A DNA stretch of 64,000 bases from an uncultured Pseudomonadales bacterium. Its GTDB lineage: Bacteria; Patescibacteriota; Microgenomatia; UBA1400; UBA1396. The position numbers were made by a program, and so were the translations under genes. The notes under the pieces were generated by a model. That model made no database searches and was not told where the DNA came from. It worked only from the letters and a program-made list of their open reading frames with translations. The DNA lies in NCBI GenBank assembly GCA_964511175.1, contig CAZEEI010000003.1, forward strand, positions 13,716 to 77,715, given 5' to 3'. How positions within the stretch are numbered: position 1 is the stretch's first letter; each line of letters starts with the position of its first letter. This document shows positions 29,447 through 39,926 of this stretch, in pieces.

Positions 29447-31354
29447 ATGGCAAAAATTATTGGTATCGATTTAGGCACCACCAACTCTGCGGTAGCGGTC
29501 ATGCAGGGTGGTAAAGCGGTAATCATTCCTTCGGCGGAAGGGCGTAACACTTTTCCTTCGATTGTGGAACCAGTGAAGCAATTGGTGGGTGACGCGGCCA
29601 AGCGCCAGATGATTCTTAACCCGCAAAACACGGTCGTATCAGTGAAGCGTCTCATGGGTCGCCGCTTTGGTGATGCAGAAGTGAAGAAAGTGCAAGAGCA
29701 CTTCACTTATGAAGTGGCTAAAGGCAAGGACAACCAAGCGGTAGTTAAAGTCAGCGATAAACAATACACGCCGCAGGAAATTTCCGCCAAAATTTTGCAG
29801 AAAGCCAAGGTTGATGCTGAAGCTTTCCTGGGCGAAAGTGTTGATCGCGCTGTGATTACGGTGCCAGCTTATTTTGACGATTCCCAGCGCCAGGCTACCA
29901 AGCAAGCGGGCGAGATTGCTGGTCTCAAAGTAGAACGCATCATCAACGAACCAACCGCTTCATCTCTGGCTTATGGTTTGGACAAGAAGAACAACGAAGT
30001 GATTGCTGTTTACGATTTAGGCGGTGGCACGTTTGATATCTCTATTCTCGAAATCGGTGATGGTGTATTTGAAGTTAAGTCAACTAACGGTGATACCTTC
30101 CTAGGAGGCAACGACTTTGACGGGGTGGTGATCGACTGGATTGTTGCCGAATTTAAGAAGGAGCACGGTGTTGATCTTAGTAAAGATCGTCAAGCGCTAC
30201 AGCGGATTCGTGATGCGGCCGAAAAAGCCAAGATTGAACTGTCTTCGGCAGTAGAGACGGAGATTAATCAGCCTTTCATTACCCAGGGCAGCGAGGGGCC
30301 GCTACACTTAACTTTAACCCTGACCCGCGCCAAGCTGGAAGAGCTGGTAGCTGATCTAATTGCTAAAACTTTTGAACCGGTTAAACAGGCGTTGAAAGAT
30401 GCTGGTGTCAAAGCGGCTGACATCAACGAAGTGGTGTTGGTGGGTGGTATGACCCGGATGCCTAAAGTTATGGCTGAGGTCGAAAAATTCTTTGGCAAGA
30501 AACCCAACCAGAGCGTCAACCCGGATGAGGTAGTGGCCTTAGGTGCCGCTATTCAAGGTGGAGTGATTGCCGGTGACGTACAAGATATTGTGTTACTAGA
30601 CGTTACACCTTTGACGCTGGGTGTGGAAACATTGGGCAGCGTGCGTACGCCGCTGATTACACGCAACACGACAGTGCCAACTAGCAAGTCACAGACTTTC
30701 TCTACGGCGGCTGATAACCAGACGCAGGTAGAAATTCACGTCCTGCAAGGCGAGCGCGAAATGGCGGCAGACAACAAGTCACTGGGACGCTTTGTCCTAG
30801 ACGGGATTCCGCCCGCACCACGCGGTATGCCACAGATTGAAGTTACTTATGACATTGACAGCAACGGCATTCTGCACGTTTCGGCTAAGGAGAAAAACAC
30901 CGGCAAGGAAGCCAAGATTACCATCCAAAACGCCACTAACCTTTCCGAAGAAGAAGTCGAAAAAATGAAGGCGGAAGCGGAGAAGTACGCAGCGCAGGAC
31001 AAGCAGAAACGGGAAACCGTGGAAGCCCGCAACCACGCCCAGGGTGTGGTTGCCGAACTGCGTAAACAGATGAAGGATTATGGCGACAAGCTGGAAGAAG
31101 CCGATAAGAAGAAGATCGAAGAGCAGCTGACCAAACTGGAAGAGCTGACCCAAGACCAAAACGCCGACAAAGAAACCATCGATAAAGCGGTGGACGAAAC
31201 TTTTGCCGCTGCGCAGAAGATTGGTGAAGTGATGCAGAAGGCGCAAGCGCAGGCACCTAAAGCGGAAGAAGGTGAAGCCAAGTCGGACGAGAAAAAGTCG
31301 ACAGACGACAAGGGTTCAGCCGAAGAAGGTGAAGTTGTTGAGGGTGATGAGTAG
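29447..31354 (+). CDS. dnaK: Chaperone DnaK
   Basis: [25 protein letters not shown]; true start ATG 29447 after an AGGAG RBS. Confidence 0.98.
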   Translation: MAKIIGIDLGTTNSAVAVMQGGKAVIIPSAEGRNTFPSIVEPVKQLVGDAAKRQMILNPQNTVVSVKRLMGRRFGDAEVKKVQEHFTYEVAKGKDNQAVVKVSDKQYTPQEISAKILQKAKVDAEAFLGESVDRAVITVPAYFDDSQRQATKQAGEIAGLKVERIINEPTASSLAYGLDKKNNEVIAVYDLGGGTFDISILEIGDGVFEVKSTNGDTFLGGNDFDGVVIDWIVAEFKKEHGVDLSKDRQALQRIRDAAEKAKIELSSAVETEINQPFITQGSEGPLHLTLTLTRAKLEELVADLIAKTFEPVKQALKDAGVKAADINEVVLVGGMTRMPKVMAEVEKFFGKKPNQSVNPDEVVALGAAIQGGVIAGDVQDIVLLDVTPLTLGVETLGSVRTPLITRNTTVPTSKSQTFSTAADNQTQVEIHVLQGEREMAADNKSLGRFVLDGIPPAPRGMPQIEVTYDIDSNGILHVSAKEKNTGKEAKITIQNATNLSEEEVEKMKAEAEKYAAQDKQKRETVEARNHAQGVVAELRKQMKDYGDKLEEADKKKIEEQLTKLEELTQDQNADKETIDKAVDETFAAAQKIGEVMQKAQAQAPKAEEGEAKSDEKKSTDDKGSAEEGEVVEGDE

Positions 31355-31363
31355 AACTAGCCT

Positions 31364-32224
31364 ATGGCCACGAAGCGCGACTACTACGAGATCCTGGATG
31401 TGGCCAAATCGGCTACCGCCGCGGAGATTAAGAAAGCTTACCGCAAGCTGGCGCTGACGTACCACCCGGACCGCAACAAAGAGAAAGACGCCGAAGCTAA
31501 GTTTAAGGAAATTAATGAGGCCTACGAGGTTTTAAGCAACGAACAAAAACGTGCCGCTTACGACCGTTTTGGCCACGCGGCGTTTGATGCCGCGGCCGGT
31601 ATGGGCGGTAACCCGTTTGCGGGCGGCTCTCGCCAAGGTCCGTTTACTTACACTTATTCCACTGGCGGTGGATCGCCGTTTGGCCAAGACATGGGTTTTG
31701 ATTTCTCCGACCCGTTTGAGATTTTTGAACAGTTTTTTGGCGGCGGCTTTGCCGCCGCCCACCAACGCCGGCCGCGGTATTCACTGGCTATTTCTTTTGA
31801 AGAAGCAATGCGAGGTACGGAAAAGCACGTTACGATCGATGGTAAAAAGCACACGATCAAGGTTCCGGCTGGGGCTGATGACGGTACGCGGATTCGGTTT
31901 GAAAAATTTGATATTACGATTGAGGTGACACCGGATTCCCGTTGGCGCCGCGACGGTTATGATCTTTTTGCGGATACGGAAATTGACTTTTTTACCGCTG
32001 TTTTAGGTGGTGAAGCCCAGATTCCCACGCTGGACGGATCACTTAAGTTGAAGATTCGCCCTGGCACACAGTCACACACTCTGGTTCGCTTGCGCAGTAT
32101 GGGTGTGCCGCACCTGCGCGGCAGCGGCAAAGGCGATCTTTACGTGCGGCTGATGGTGAAAGTACCGGAAAAACTCACTCGTGAACAGAAAAAAGCCCTT
32201 GCTAATGCACAAAATCTTTTCTAA
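31364..32224 (+). CDS. dnaJ: DnaJ-family co-chaperone lacking the zinc-finger domain
   Basis: J domain with HPD, G/F region, C-terminal domain; no CxxCxGxG repeats. Confidence 0.9.
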   Translation: MATKRDYYEILDVAKSATAAEIKKAYRKLALTYHPDRNKEKDAEAKFKEINEAYEVLSNEQKRAAYDRFGHAAFDAAAGMGGNPFAGGSRQGPFTYTYSTGGGSPFGQDMGFDFSDPFEIFEQFFGGGFAAAHQRRPRYSLAISFEEAMRGTEKHVTIDGKKHTIKVPAGADDGTRIRFEKFDITIEVTPDSRWRRDGYDLFADTEIDFFTAVLGGEAQIPTLDGSLKLKIRPGTQSHTLVRLRSMGVPHLRGSGKGDLYVRLMVKVPEKLTREQKKALANAQNLF

Positions 32225-32233
32225 GCTAGAGTT

Positions 32234-33358
32234 ATGTTTAAACGTTTATTGAGTGGATTGTTTTTGGCGGTTTTAGTTTTAGCGATGGCGGTAGTTCCAG
32301 CGCGTGCCGCCGAAGCAAGGTTGACTACAGACCCGGTGATAGTTGCTTCCCAGAAGACGGACAGTTGGGCCGATGGTCCCCACTTCTTTGCCGATCGCCG
32401 CGTGGAACTCAAAGATGATTATCTTGGTAGTGTTTACGTAGCTGGCGGTGACGTTGAGATTACCGGTGCAATTGACGGCGATCTGATTGTGGCTGGCAGT
32501 AGTATCGTAATTGCCGGTTCGGTAACCCAGGATGTGTACGCGGCTGGCGGAACGGTAACCGTCACCGGTAATATTGGCGGCAACTTAACAGTGGCGGGCG
32601 GCGAAGTAATTATTGCGGATACTGGCAAAGTGGCTCAAGCCGTGATTGCTGGCGCACGCGTTTACCGCCAATCAGGGACGGTTTTGGGCGATGTTTTAGC
32701 AGGTGCTCAGGACGCTAACCTAGATGGTGCGGTGGGGCAAAGCGCTCGCTTTGAGGCTGATCGTCTTAATATCAGTGACCGCGCCGTAGTAGGCGAACAA
32801 TTAACGGCGGAAGTACGTCGGGAGGCCAATATTAGTGATGCGGCCAAGATTACCGGTGAGCGCAACGTGACGGTTAAACCGCAAACTAAGTACGAAAAGA
32901 AGATTTCACCGATAAGTTGGTCGGCTCACTGGCTGTTGAGTCTGGTTGGTCGGTTAATCGTGATGACCTTGGCCGTAGCTCTCTTTGGCCAGGTATTAAA
33001 GCGGGCGGGCGCTGTCTTTGACCGACGCTGGCCCGATGCGTTTTGGAAGGGTGCCGCTTTTACGGTTTTAGTTCCATTCTTGGTTTTGGCTTTAGTAATT
33101 ACTATCATCGGTTTGCCGGCAGCCATGACGGTGGGATTGCTTTATATCTTGGTGATGACCACTGCCTGGGTGGTGCCTGGTTTTTGGCTAGGCCAGCGGT
33201 TAGTACCCAAAACCTCGCTTTATCTCCAGGGCGCGGCGGGCGCGGCGATCATTAGTCTAGTGGGTGTCATTCCAATCTTAGGTTGGTTGGTACGATTCTT
33301 ACTGGCGGTGCTAGGTGTGGGAGCTTTGCTTAATCTCTGGCGACGCGCAGGTAAATAG
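32234..33358 (+). CDS. Membrane protein with bactofilin-like beta-helix (polymer-forming cytoskeletal) domain
   Basis: Signal peptide, repeated G.V.GD...AGG.V.I motifs, C-terminal TM bundle. Confidence 0.75.
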   Translation: MFKRLLSGLFLAVLVLAMAVVPARAAEARLTTDPVIVASQKTDSWADGPHFFADRRVELKDDYLGSVYVAGGDVEITGAIDGDLIVAGSSIVIAGSVTQDVYAAGGTVTVTGNIGGNLTVAGGEVIIADTGKVAQAVIAGARVYRQSGTVLGDVLAGAQDANLDGAVGQSARFEADRLNISDRAVVGEQLTAEVRREANISDAAKITGERNVTVKPQTKYEKKISPISWSAHWLLSLVGRLIVMTLAVALFGQVLKRAGAVFDRRWPDAFWKGAAFTVLVPFLVLALVITIIGLPAAMTVGLLYILVMTTAWVVPGFWLGQRLVPKTSLYLQGAAGAAIISLVGVIPILGWLVRFLLAVLGVGALLNLWRRAGK

Positions 33359-33427
33359 AGCAACTGTAATCTTCTTACCTTTGCTCGATTTTAGTGTATA
33401 ATCTACCCTGTCCTTGAACCTTGATCG

Positions 33428-33450
33428 AGGCGGGTGTTCCCGCCTTTTTT
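33428..33450 (+). terminator. Terminator hairpin in the nusA leader (probable attenuator)
   Basis: AGGCGGG-TGTT-CCCGCCT + T run between TATAAT (33397-33402) and the nusA start. Confidence 0.7.
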
Positions 33451-33486
33451 AATAAAAGGACACCAAACAGTTAACAAGGAGTCAGC

Positions 33487-34731
33487 ATGTCGAATAGCAT
33501 GATTAGAAGCGGATTTTTAGCCCTGCTGGAACAAGTGGCTAAGGAACGCAACATTCCCGTGGATAAAGTTGTGGAATCTATCGAGCAAGCCATTGAGGCC
33601 GCTTTACGCAAGGATCGTCCGGAATTATTTGAAGAAGAAGAGTACGACGCCGAAGGTAACCTCATCCCTGGAAAAGTACATTTCCAGGTGGAGTTGGACC
33701 GCACGGAAGGTTCAGCTCGTATTTTCCGGATCGAAGATGATAAAAAAGACGATGTTACGCCGGCTGGTTTTGGCCGCATTGCCTCTCAAACTGCTAAGAA
33801 CGTAATCTTTCAGAAAGTACGCGAAGCCGAGCGCGACGCCATGATCGCTGATTTTAGTGAACGCGTTGGTACCTTGGTTCAAGGTTTAGTGGTCCGTTAT
33901 GACGGTCGCAATGCGATCGTTGATCTTGGCCGTGGCCAAGCGATGATGCCGCCGGAAGAACAGATGCGCGGCGAGTTCTACAAGCCCAACATGCGTGTAA
34001 CGGTGCTCGTGAAGGATATTCGCGATACTTTCCGCGGCAAACAAGTAGTTGTTTCGCGGGCAGACAAAGATTTGATTGTTAAGTTGTTTACACGTGAGGT
34101 GCCGGAGTTAGCTTCTGGTGCCGTCCAGATTAAGGGTATTGCCCGTGAGGCTGGTGTGCGCACTAAAATTGCGGTTTTCTCTGATCAGTCAGGGGTTGAC
34201 CCAGTGGGTTCCTGCGTGGGTCAGCGGGGTGTGCGGGTACAAGAAGTAATTCGCGAAGTTAATAACGAAAAAATCGATATTATCCAGTTTGCCGAAGATC
34301 CCAAAATGTATCTCGCCGCGGCCTTAGGGCCAGCGGAATCCTTGGTGATCGAAGTTGATGCCAAAACTAATGTGGCGACAGTTACCGCACCGGACGACCA
34401 GCTCCCGCTGGCCATCGGCCGCGGCGGCCAGAACGTGCGTTTGGCGGCTAAACTGACCGGCTACCAGATTGTTGTGAAATCAGCCACCGGTAAGCAAGAA
34501 GCGGCTGTGACCGGTGAAGAAGAGTACGAAATCGACCAGATCAAAGGTCTGAACGAAGCAACCCGTACTCACCTTATCGAAAATCGTGTTACCACTTTAG
34601 AGGATTTGCGCCGCAAGTGGGGCGACGAGCGTTTTACAAGTGCCTTGGTTGAAGATCAGAGCGCCTTAATCGCGCCAGCCGTTGCCGCCTACCAAGCTGA
34701 ATTGGATGCGCAGACCAGAAGTGAAGTCTAA
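33487..34731 (+). CDS. nusA: Transcription factor NusA
   Basis: FGRIASQTAK, S1 and KH domains, AIGRGGQNVRLAAKLTG. Confidence 0.96.
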   Translation: MSNSMIRSGFLALLEQVAKERNIPVDKVVESIEQAIEAALRKDRPELFEEEEYDAEGNLIPGKVHFQVELDRTEGSARIFRIEDDKKDDVTPAGFGRIASQTAKNVIFQKVREAERDAMIADFSERVGTLVQGLVVRYDGRNAIVDLGRGQAMMPPEEQMRGEFYKPNMRVTVLVKDIRDTFRGKQVVVSRADKDLIVKLFTREVPELASGAVQIKGIAREAGVRTKIAVFSDQSGVDPVGSCVGQRGVRVQEVIREVNNEKIDIIQFAEDPKMYLAAALGPAESLVIEVDAKTNVATVTAPDDQLPLAIGRGGQNVRLAAKLTGYQIVVKSATGKQEAAVTGEEEYEIDQIKGLNEATRTHLIENRVTTLEDLRRKWGDERFTSALVEDQSALIAPAVAAYQAELDAQTRSEV

Positions 34732-34749
34732 TAAAAAAGGAAATAAAGC

Positions 34750-36183
34750 ATGGCGTTACAACCGCGACCACCTGTCGTGACCATCATGGGGCACGTCGAC
34801 CATGGCAAGACGAGCCTCTTGGATTATATTCGCCAGACACGGGTGGCGGCCGGTGAAGCGGGTGGCATTACCCAACATATCGGTGCTTACCAAGCTGAGT
34901 TCCATGGTCAGAAGATTACTTTCATTGATACTCCCGGACACGCGGCTTTTTCACAAATGCGTTCGCGCGGTGCGCAAATTACGGATATTGTCGTGCTAGT
35001 AGTAGCGGCTGATGACGGCGTCATGCCCCAGACCGTGGAGTCCATTCAACATATCAAGAAATCCGGCGTCGCTTACGTTGTGGCCATCAATAAAATGGAT
35101 GCTCCTGGCGCTTCCGCCGAAATGGTGAAGGCCCAATTAACCGAAAAGGAAGTTTACGTTACCGGTTATGGTGGTGATATTGACGCTATCGAAATTTCCG
35201 CTAAAACTGGCCAGGGCGTGGACCAACTGCTCGAAACTTTGGTGACGATGGGTGAGCTGCTAGAGTTAAAAGCCGATCCTGACGGTGAGTTAGTGGCGGT
35301 GGTGATCGAATCCAGTAAACACAAATCACGGGGATCGGTTGCTACCTTGTTGGTTCGCAACGGTACCTTGTCTCTACGGGAAACGGTTTATGCTGGTACC
35401 ATTCCTTGCTCGGTACGGTTAATGTCGGATGCCTTAGGCAAGCCTTGTCAAACAGCTGGGCCGGCTATGCCGATTGAAGTAGCGGGTTTTGACGCTGTGC
35501 CGCCGGTGGGTGCGGTAGTGACACGTCAGCCACAAGCCACGGAAACTATATCCCAGACTACCACTGCTTTGGTTGTGCCTACTTTAACCGAAGCTCAAAA
35601 ATTAAAGATTATTCTCAAAGCTGATTTTGTCGGGACGCTAGAAGCGATTCGGCACAACTTGGCTTCCGATAATCTCGAGATTATTGCCGAAGGGGTTGGC
35701 GATGTTTTAGAATCAGACGTACAGCTGGCCGAAACAACCGGTTCGCTGATTATTACTTTCCAGGTTAAAACGCCAACCGCGATCCAGAAACTGGCTCAAC
35801 GTAGTGGCGTAAAGATCCAGTCTTATCAGATTATTTATGATTTGTTGGAAGATATTCAGAAAAAGCTGCTACGTCTTTTGGCTCCTGATATTAATGAACA
35901 TGAAACCGGTCGAGCCGAAGTAATTCAGATCTTTAGCATCCGTGGCGAGCAAGTTTTGGGTTGTAAAGTAATGTCTGGCCTCATTCGTAAAGGTGACACT
36001 ATTCACCTCAAACATGGTGACACGGTGCTGGGTGACGCTAAAATCCTTTCTCTCAAACAGAGTAAGACCGAAATTAATACTGCCGACGAGGGGCTGGAGT
36101 TTGGTTTGCAGTTAGATAAACCGATCGCTGCCGTGCTGGTAGGCGACTTAGTTACTGCTTTTACGGTTGCTGCAGAGGTCTAA
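34750..36183 (+). CDS. infB: Translation initiation factor IF-2 (no N-terminal domain)
   Basis: [28 protein letters not shown]. Confidence 0.96.
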   Translation: MALQPRPPVVTIMGHVDHGKTSLLDYIRQTRVAAGEAGGITQHIGAYQAEFHGQKITFIDTPGHAAFSQMRSRGAQITDIVVLVVAADDGVMPQTVESIQHIKKSGVAYVVAINKMDAPGASAEMVKAQLTEKEVYVTGYGGDIDAIEISAKTGQGVDQLLETLVTMGELLELKADPDGELVAVVIESSKHKSRGSVATLLVRNGTLSLRETVYAGTIPCSVRLMSDALGKPCQTAGPAMPIEVAGFDAVPPVGAVVTRQPQATETISQTTTALVVPTLTEAQKLKIILKADFVGTLEAIRHNLASDNLEIIAEGVGDVLESDVQLAETTGSLIITFQVKTPTAIQKLAQRSGVKIQSYQIIYDLLEDIQKKLLRLLAPDINEHETGRAEVIQIFSIRGEQVLGCKVMSGLIRKGDTIHLKHGDTVLGDAKILSLKQSKTEINTADEGLEFGLQLDKPIAAVLVGDLVTAFTVAAEV

Positions 36184-36231
36184 CTGCCGCTATCTTCCCA
36201 TTATTCTTGTTTTCGGGTAAAATACGTTACT

Positions 36232-37236
36232 ATGCAAAACACTAACTTAGACCTATCGGCTTTAGCGGCAGCTTACGAGAAGGCGCAGAGTGCAGTGGTT
36301 TTCATTCACCCCCAGGCTACTTATGATGCGGTGGCGGCAGCTTTAGCCCTGCATTTAGCCCTGCGCGAGGCTGGCAAAAGTTGCGCGGTAGTTTGTGTAG
36401 AGCCCATGCGGGTGGAGTTTTCGCGCCTGGTGGCTATTGATCAGGTTCATACTGAAGCCGGCAATCGTGATTTGGTGATTTCTTTTGCCTATACGGAAGA
36501 GCAAGTAGACAAAGTAAGTTATAACGTTGATGAAGATAACGGCCGTTTCGAGTTAGTGGTAGCTCCCAAGACTGGTGGACAACCCCTAGATCCCAGCAGC
36601 ATTGAGTTTCGCCGCACCGGCTTATCGGCGGATCTGGTGTTCTTGTTTGGTTATCATAGTCTGAGCGAGTTAGAAACAATTTACGACAAAGAAAAATACA
36701 CGATTGATAGTGCGTATACCGTGGCAGTAACCCAAAATAAGATTGCGCCCTACGCTAAATTACATCTCACCTTGCAGCCGGAGCAGTTGTCTTACGCTGA
36801 ACTAGTCTACTTTATTGTTCGCCAACTGCAGATTGCGGAGATTAAAGACGATTTAGCGACTAATATTTTGTCCGGTATCGAGTACGCTACCGATCGTTTT
36901 GCCCAAGCTAATTTGGCACCACGTACCTTTGAAACGATTGCTAATTTAATGCGCCGCGGCGCCCGTCGTGACGCAGACAATCCGGCTTTCCAGTATTTGG
37001 GTATGCCGATTCGCCAAAGCACCAATCAACCGGCACCCGTAGGTGAATCAGGCTGGGCTGATCAAGCTATGCCGTTTACCGGCGGTCCGCAAACCATCCA
37101 GTTAGGTGGTAGCCATCCTAATACCAATATGGTAATGCCAGCCATGCCGCCAGCTGCCGTTCAACCAACTGCAACTGTTCAACCGCAAACCGTTTCCCCA
37201 GGTGATTTTGCCCGGGCGATGTCTAACCGTTCTTAA
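36232..37236 (+). CDS. Degenerate DHH/NrnA-like protein
   Basis: H......[21 protein letters not shown] and position after infB; DHH motif absent. Confidence 0.6.
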   Translation: MQNTNLDLSALAAAYEKAQSAVVFIHPQATYDAVAAALALHLALREAGKSCAVVCVEPMRVEFSRLVAIDQVHTEAGNRDLVISFAYTEEQVDKVSYNVDEDNGRFELVVAPKTGGQPLDPSSIEFRRTGLSADLVFLFGYHSLSELETIYDKEKYTIDSAYTVAVTQNKIAPYAKLHLTLQPEQLSYAELVYFIVRQLQIAEIKDDLATNILSGIEYATDRFAQANLAPRTFETIANLMRRGARRDADNPAFQYLGMPIRQSTNQPAPVGESGWADQAMPFTGGPQTIQLGGSHPNTNMVMPAMPPAAVQPTATVQPQTVSPGDFARAMSNRS

Positions 37237-38300
37237 GCGGTTTTAGTTTTGCTTTGGCGTGAGGCTTTAATTTTGTCCCAAACTTTACGCTTAATTTCTT
37301 CCATCATTTTGGGATCTTCCTCAAGAACCGCTTTGGCGTTTTCTCGCCCTTGAGCAAAGGTGGCACCGTTATATTTATAGAAAGCACCGGCTTTTTCCAA
37401 TACTTCCATTTCAGTAGCTACATCCAGAACTCCGCCCGACTGAGAAATACCGGAAGCAGCCATCATGTCAAACTCGGTAGTGCGGAAAGGTGGAGCAACT
37501 TTATTTTTGACCACCCGCGCTCGATGGTGGGTACCAACTACTAAGTCGCCTTCTTGGATATTGCCGGTCTTGCGCATATCCAGGCGGATAGAGGCATAGA
37601 ACTTTAAGGCTTGGCCACCAGCAGTAGTTTCCGGATTGCCAAACATGACACCGATCTTGATCCGGAGTTGGTTGGTAAAGATAACCACTGTCTGCGATTT
37701 ACTAATGACGGCTGCCAATTTACGCATCGCCTTAGACATTAGACGCGCTTGGGTACCAACTGAGGCATCCGACATTTCGCCTTCAATTTCTGATTTGGGT
37801 ACGAGGGCGGCTACCGAATCAATCACCAGCACATCGATACCACCGGAACGGATCAAAGTTTCCGCAATTTCCAGGGCTTGCTCGCCGTAATCTGGTTGGG
37901 AAATAAGTAAGTCATCCAGATTAACGCCAATCGCTTGGGCGCGTTCGGGATCCAGAGCGTGTTCAGCATCAATAAAGGCAGCCACACCACCCTGTTTCTG
38001 GGCTTCCGCAATAACGTGGAGACAAACAGTAGTTTTACCAGATGCCTCCGGACCATAAATTTCCACTACCCGGCCGCGAGGTAACCCGCCAACACCCAGA
38101 GCCAAATCCAGTGGCAGACACTGGGTAGAGATAACGGGCATCGAATACATGCCGTCCAATCTGGCGCCAAGACGCATAATCGAACCGTCGCCGTGGCTTT
38201 TTTGAATTTGCTTTAACGCAATCTCAATCGCTTCCCGCCTTTGCTGATTAATGCCCTCTGGTGCCTGACTGGTGGTACCCGAATCACTAGCTTTCGCCAT
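37233..38300 (-). CDS. recA: Recombinase RecA
   Basis: [29 protein letters not shown]. Confidence 0.98.
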   Translation of the reverse strand: MAKASDSGTTSQAPEGINQQRREAIEIALKQIQKSHGDGSIMRLGARLDGMYSMPVISTQCLPLDLALGVGGLPRGRVVEIYGPEASGKTTVCLHVIAEAQKQGGVAAFIDAEHALDPERAQAIGVNLDDLLISQPDYGEQALEIAETLIRSGGIDVLVIDSVAALVPKSEIEGEMSDASVGTQARLMSKAMRKLAAVISKSQTVVIFTNQLRIKIGVMFGNPETTAGGQALKFYASIRLDMRKTGNIQEGDLVVGTHHRARVVKNKVAPPFRTTEFDMMAASGISQSGGVLDVATEMEVLEKAGAFYKYNGATFAQGRENAKAVLEEDPKMMEEIKRKVWDKIKASRQSKTKTA

Positions 38301-38357
38301 ATTCTAATCCTCCCTTAAGTAGTGGCCTTATTATGACAGGAGAAAGTAACCCAAAGG

Positions 38358-38654
38358 TTACACCGAAGGATCTTTTTTGGGAAACTTCGGAAACTTATCC
38401 TGCCATTCAGTCGCCGTTTGTTTGATTGCCGTTAATTGTTTTTTGGTCTTGGGCGTAATTAGTTCGCCAGAATGTTCATCGATTTGTTTTTTCCAGTCGC
38501 GCAAAACCTCGTGTCCTTGCTTAGTTCCAAATAAGAACATGCCGGTAATACCGCCCAATAGTCCCAGTAGAAACCCCACCCCAAAATTACCGCCATCACT
38601 TTCAGGGGGAACCACGGTCGACGAATTAGTTGAGGTTTTACTTTTCCGCATCAT
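38358..38654 (-). CDS. YtxH-like single-TM protein
   Basis: FGVGFLLGLLGG...LF.TK.G pattern; start moved to ATG 38654. Confidence 0.6.
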   Translation of the reverse strand: MMRKSKTSTNSSTVVPPESDGGNFGVGFLLGLLGGITGMFLFGTKQGHEVLRDWKKQIDEHSGELITPKTKKQLTAIKQTATEWQDKFPKFPKKDPSV

Positions 38655-38913
38655 CGCTTTGTTTCTTAATGAAATGGGCAAAAGATTCAAACATTTTTAG
38701 ACCAACCTTCATGCCCTGCATCATGCCGCCTAGGTTTTGTAGGGGTGCAAAGGCGCGATCCAAAGTTTGTTCGAGCACCTCTGCCAGTTCGTTAAAACGT
38801 TGCAATGAGCGACGCATTTCTTGAAGAACCAAAATGGTTTGCACACCCACCACAACTAAAATGATTGATAGTACCGCCGCAACAACAGTCAGGACAATAA
38901 CGAGTGGATCCAT
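38638..38913 (-). CDS. Small membrane protein (DUF948/YoxC-like)
   Basis: N-terminal TM followed by amphipathic coil; paired with the YtxH-like gene. Confidence 0.55.
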   Translation of the reverse strand: MDPLVIVLTVVAAVLSIILVVVGVQTILVLQEMRRSLQRFNELAEVLEQTLDRAFAPLQNLGGMMQGMKVGLKMFESFAHFIKKQSDDAEK

Positions 38914-38954
38914 ATTCCTAATCTAAGCACGGAGTGGTGATATAATCAACCCTT

Positions 38955-39038
38955 ATGAATCAGAGCAATCGAGTTCTAAATTGGCATTATTATTTAACTG
39001 CTAAAAGCGGAAGGGTTAGTTTGGCTCAAAAAATCTAA
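38955..39038 (+). CDS. Putative attenuator leader peptide MNQSNRVLNWHYYLTAKSGRVSLAQKI
   Basis: Starts 8 nt after TG-n-TATAAT; W-H-Y-Y cluster; contains a sequence complementary to the downstream terminator. Confidence 0.6.
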   Translation: MNQSNRVLNWHYYLTAKSGRVSLAQKI

Positions 39039-39064
39039 AAAATAGAAAAAAGTCACATCAGTAC

Positions 39065-39089
39065 ACCCCTCCGCCCAGAGGGGTTTTTT
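39065..39089 (+). terminator. Intrinsic terminator upstream of the racemase (attenuator)
   Basis: ACCCCTC-CGCCCA-GAGGGGT followed by a T run. Confidence 0.75.
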
Positions 39090-39106
39090 GTGGCAGAAAG
39101 GAAAAT

Positions 39107-39805
39107 ATGACTAGAAAAACAGTAGGTATTTTAGGCGGCATGGGAGCACGGGCTAGTGTGCGGTTTTATGATGAAGTAATCCAATCCTGTACCGCAGTCT
39201 TTGGTGTGCAGGAAAATGATCAATTTCCGCGCTTATTAATCTCGAATTTACCCATTCCAGACATTATCGGCGATAACAGCAACCCAACTATTGCTCGCCG
39301 AATGATTGTCGAGGAGGGAAAGCGTTTGGTTCAGGCAGGGGCTGAGTGTCTAATTATGGCTTGTAATACCGCTCACGTGGCTTTGCCACAACTGCGCCAA
39401 TCTGTATCGGTGGAGGTATTGGACCTAGTAGCCGAGACAGTTGCCGCTGTGCCGCTTCCGCTTAAACGAGTTGGCGTGCTAGCCACACCCACTACCTTGT
39501 TGACCGAACTTTACCAACAGGCGTTGGCTAAACAGGGTAAAACCACTCTCTTGCCGACGCGCGCTGAACAAGCAGTTTTGGAAAATGCGATTCGAACAAC
39601 GATTGCCGGTACCAATGGTCGAGCCGAAACGCGTCGGCTAATTAAAATTACTAATCGTCTGCAACGCGACGGGGCGGCGGCCGTTATTTTAGGCTGCACG
39701 GAACTGGGTTTAATACTATCCGCCAGTGATTTAGCGATACCAATGATTGATTCAGTGGTGGCCGGCGCTAATAAAGTGGCGCGAATTGGTTTGGGCAAGG
39801 TATAA
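39107..39805 (+). CDS. Aspartate/glutamate (amino-acid) racemase family protein
   Basis: GILGGMG, ACNTAH and LGCTEL catalytic cysteines. Confidence 0.9.
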   Translation: MTRKTVGILGGMGARASVRFYDEVIQSCTAVFGVQENDQFPRLLISNLPIPDIIGDNSNPTIARRMIVEEGKRLVQAGAECLIMACNTAHVALPQLRQSVSVEVLDLVAETVAAVPLPLKRVGVLATPTTLLTELYQQALAKQGKTTLLPTRAEQAVLENAIRTTIAGTNGRAETRRLIKITNRLQRDGAAAVILGCTELGLILSASDLAIPMIDSVVAGANKVARIGLGKV

Positions 39806-39815
39806 GATTGGAGTG

Positions 39816-39915
39816 TATTAAAAGTTGTCTTTTCTGGTTTTGTACAAAATCAGCCACCAAGTTGTGCAAGAATGTACGCGAATTTGTACAAAACGCGCCC
39901 AAGCGGTTTTTGATA
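39816..39915. repeat. Phased TTGTACAA palindrome element, copy C
   Basis: TATTAAAA-N16-TTGTACAA-N14-TTGTGCAA-N14-TTGTACAA-N16-TTTTGATA between convergent genes. Confidence 0.85.
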
Positions 39916-39926
39916 TACAACGCAGG

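Noticed and set aside
29416-31311. Multiple antisense ORFs over dnaK and other conserved genes
   Set aside because: Shadow ORFs arising from codon bias on the opposite strand; no independent coding signals.
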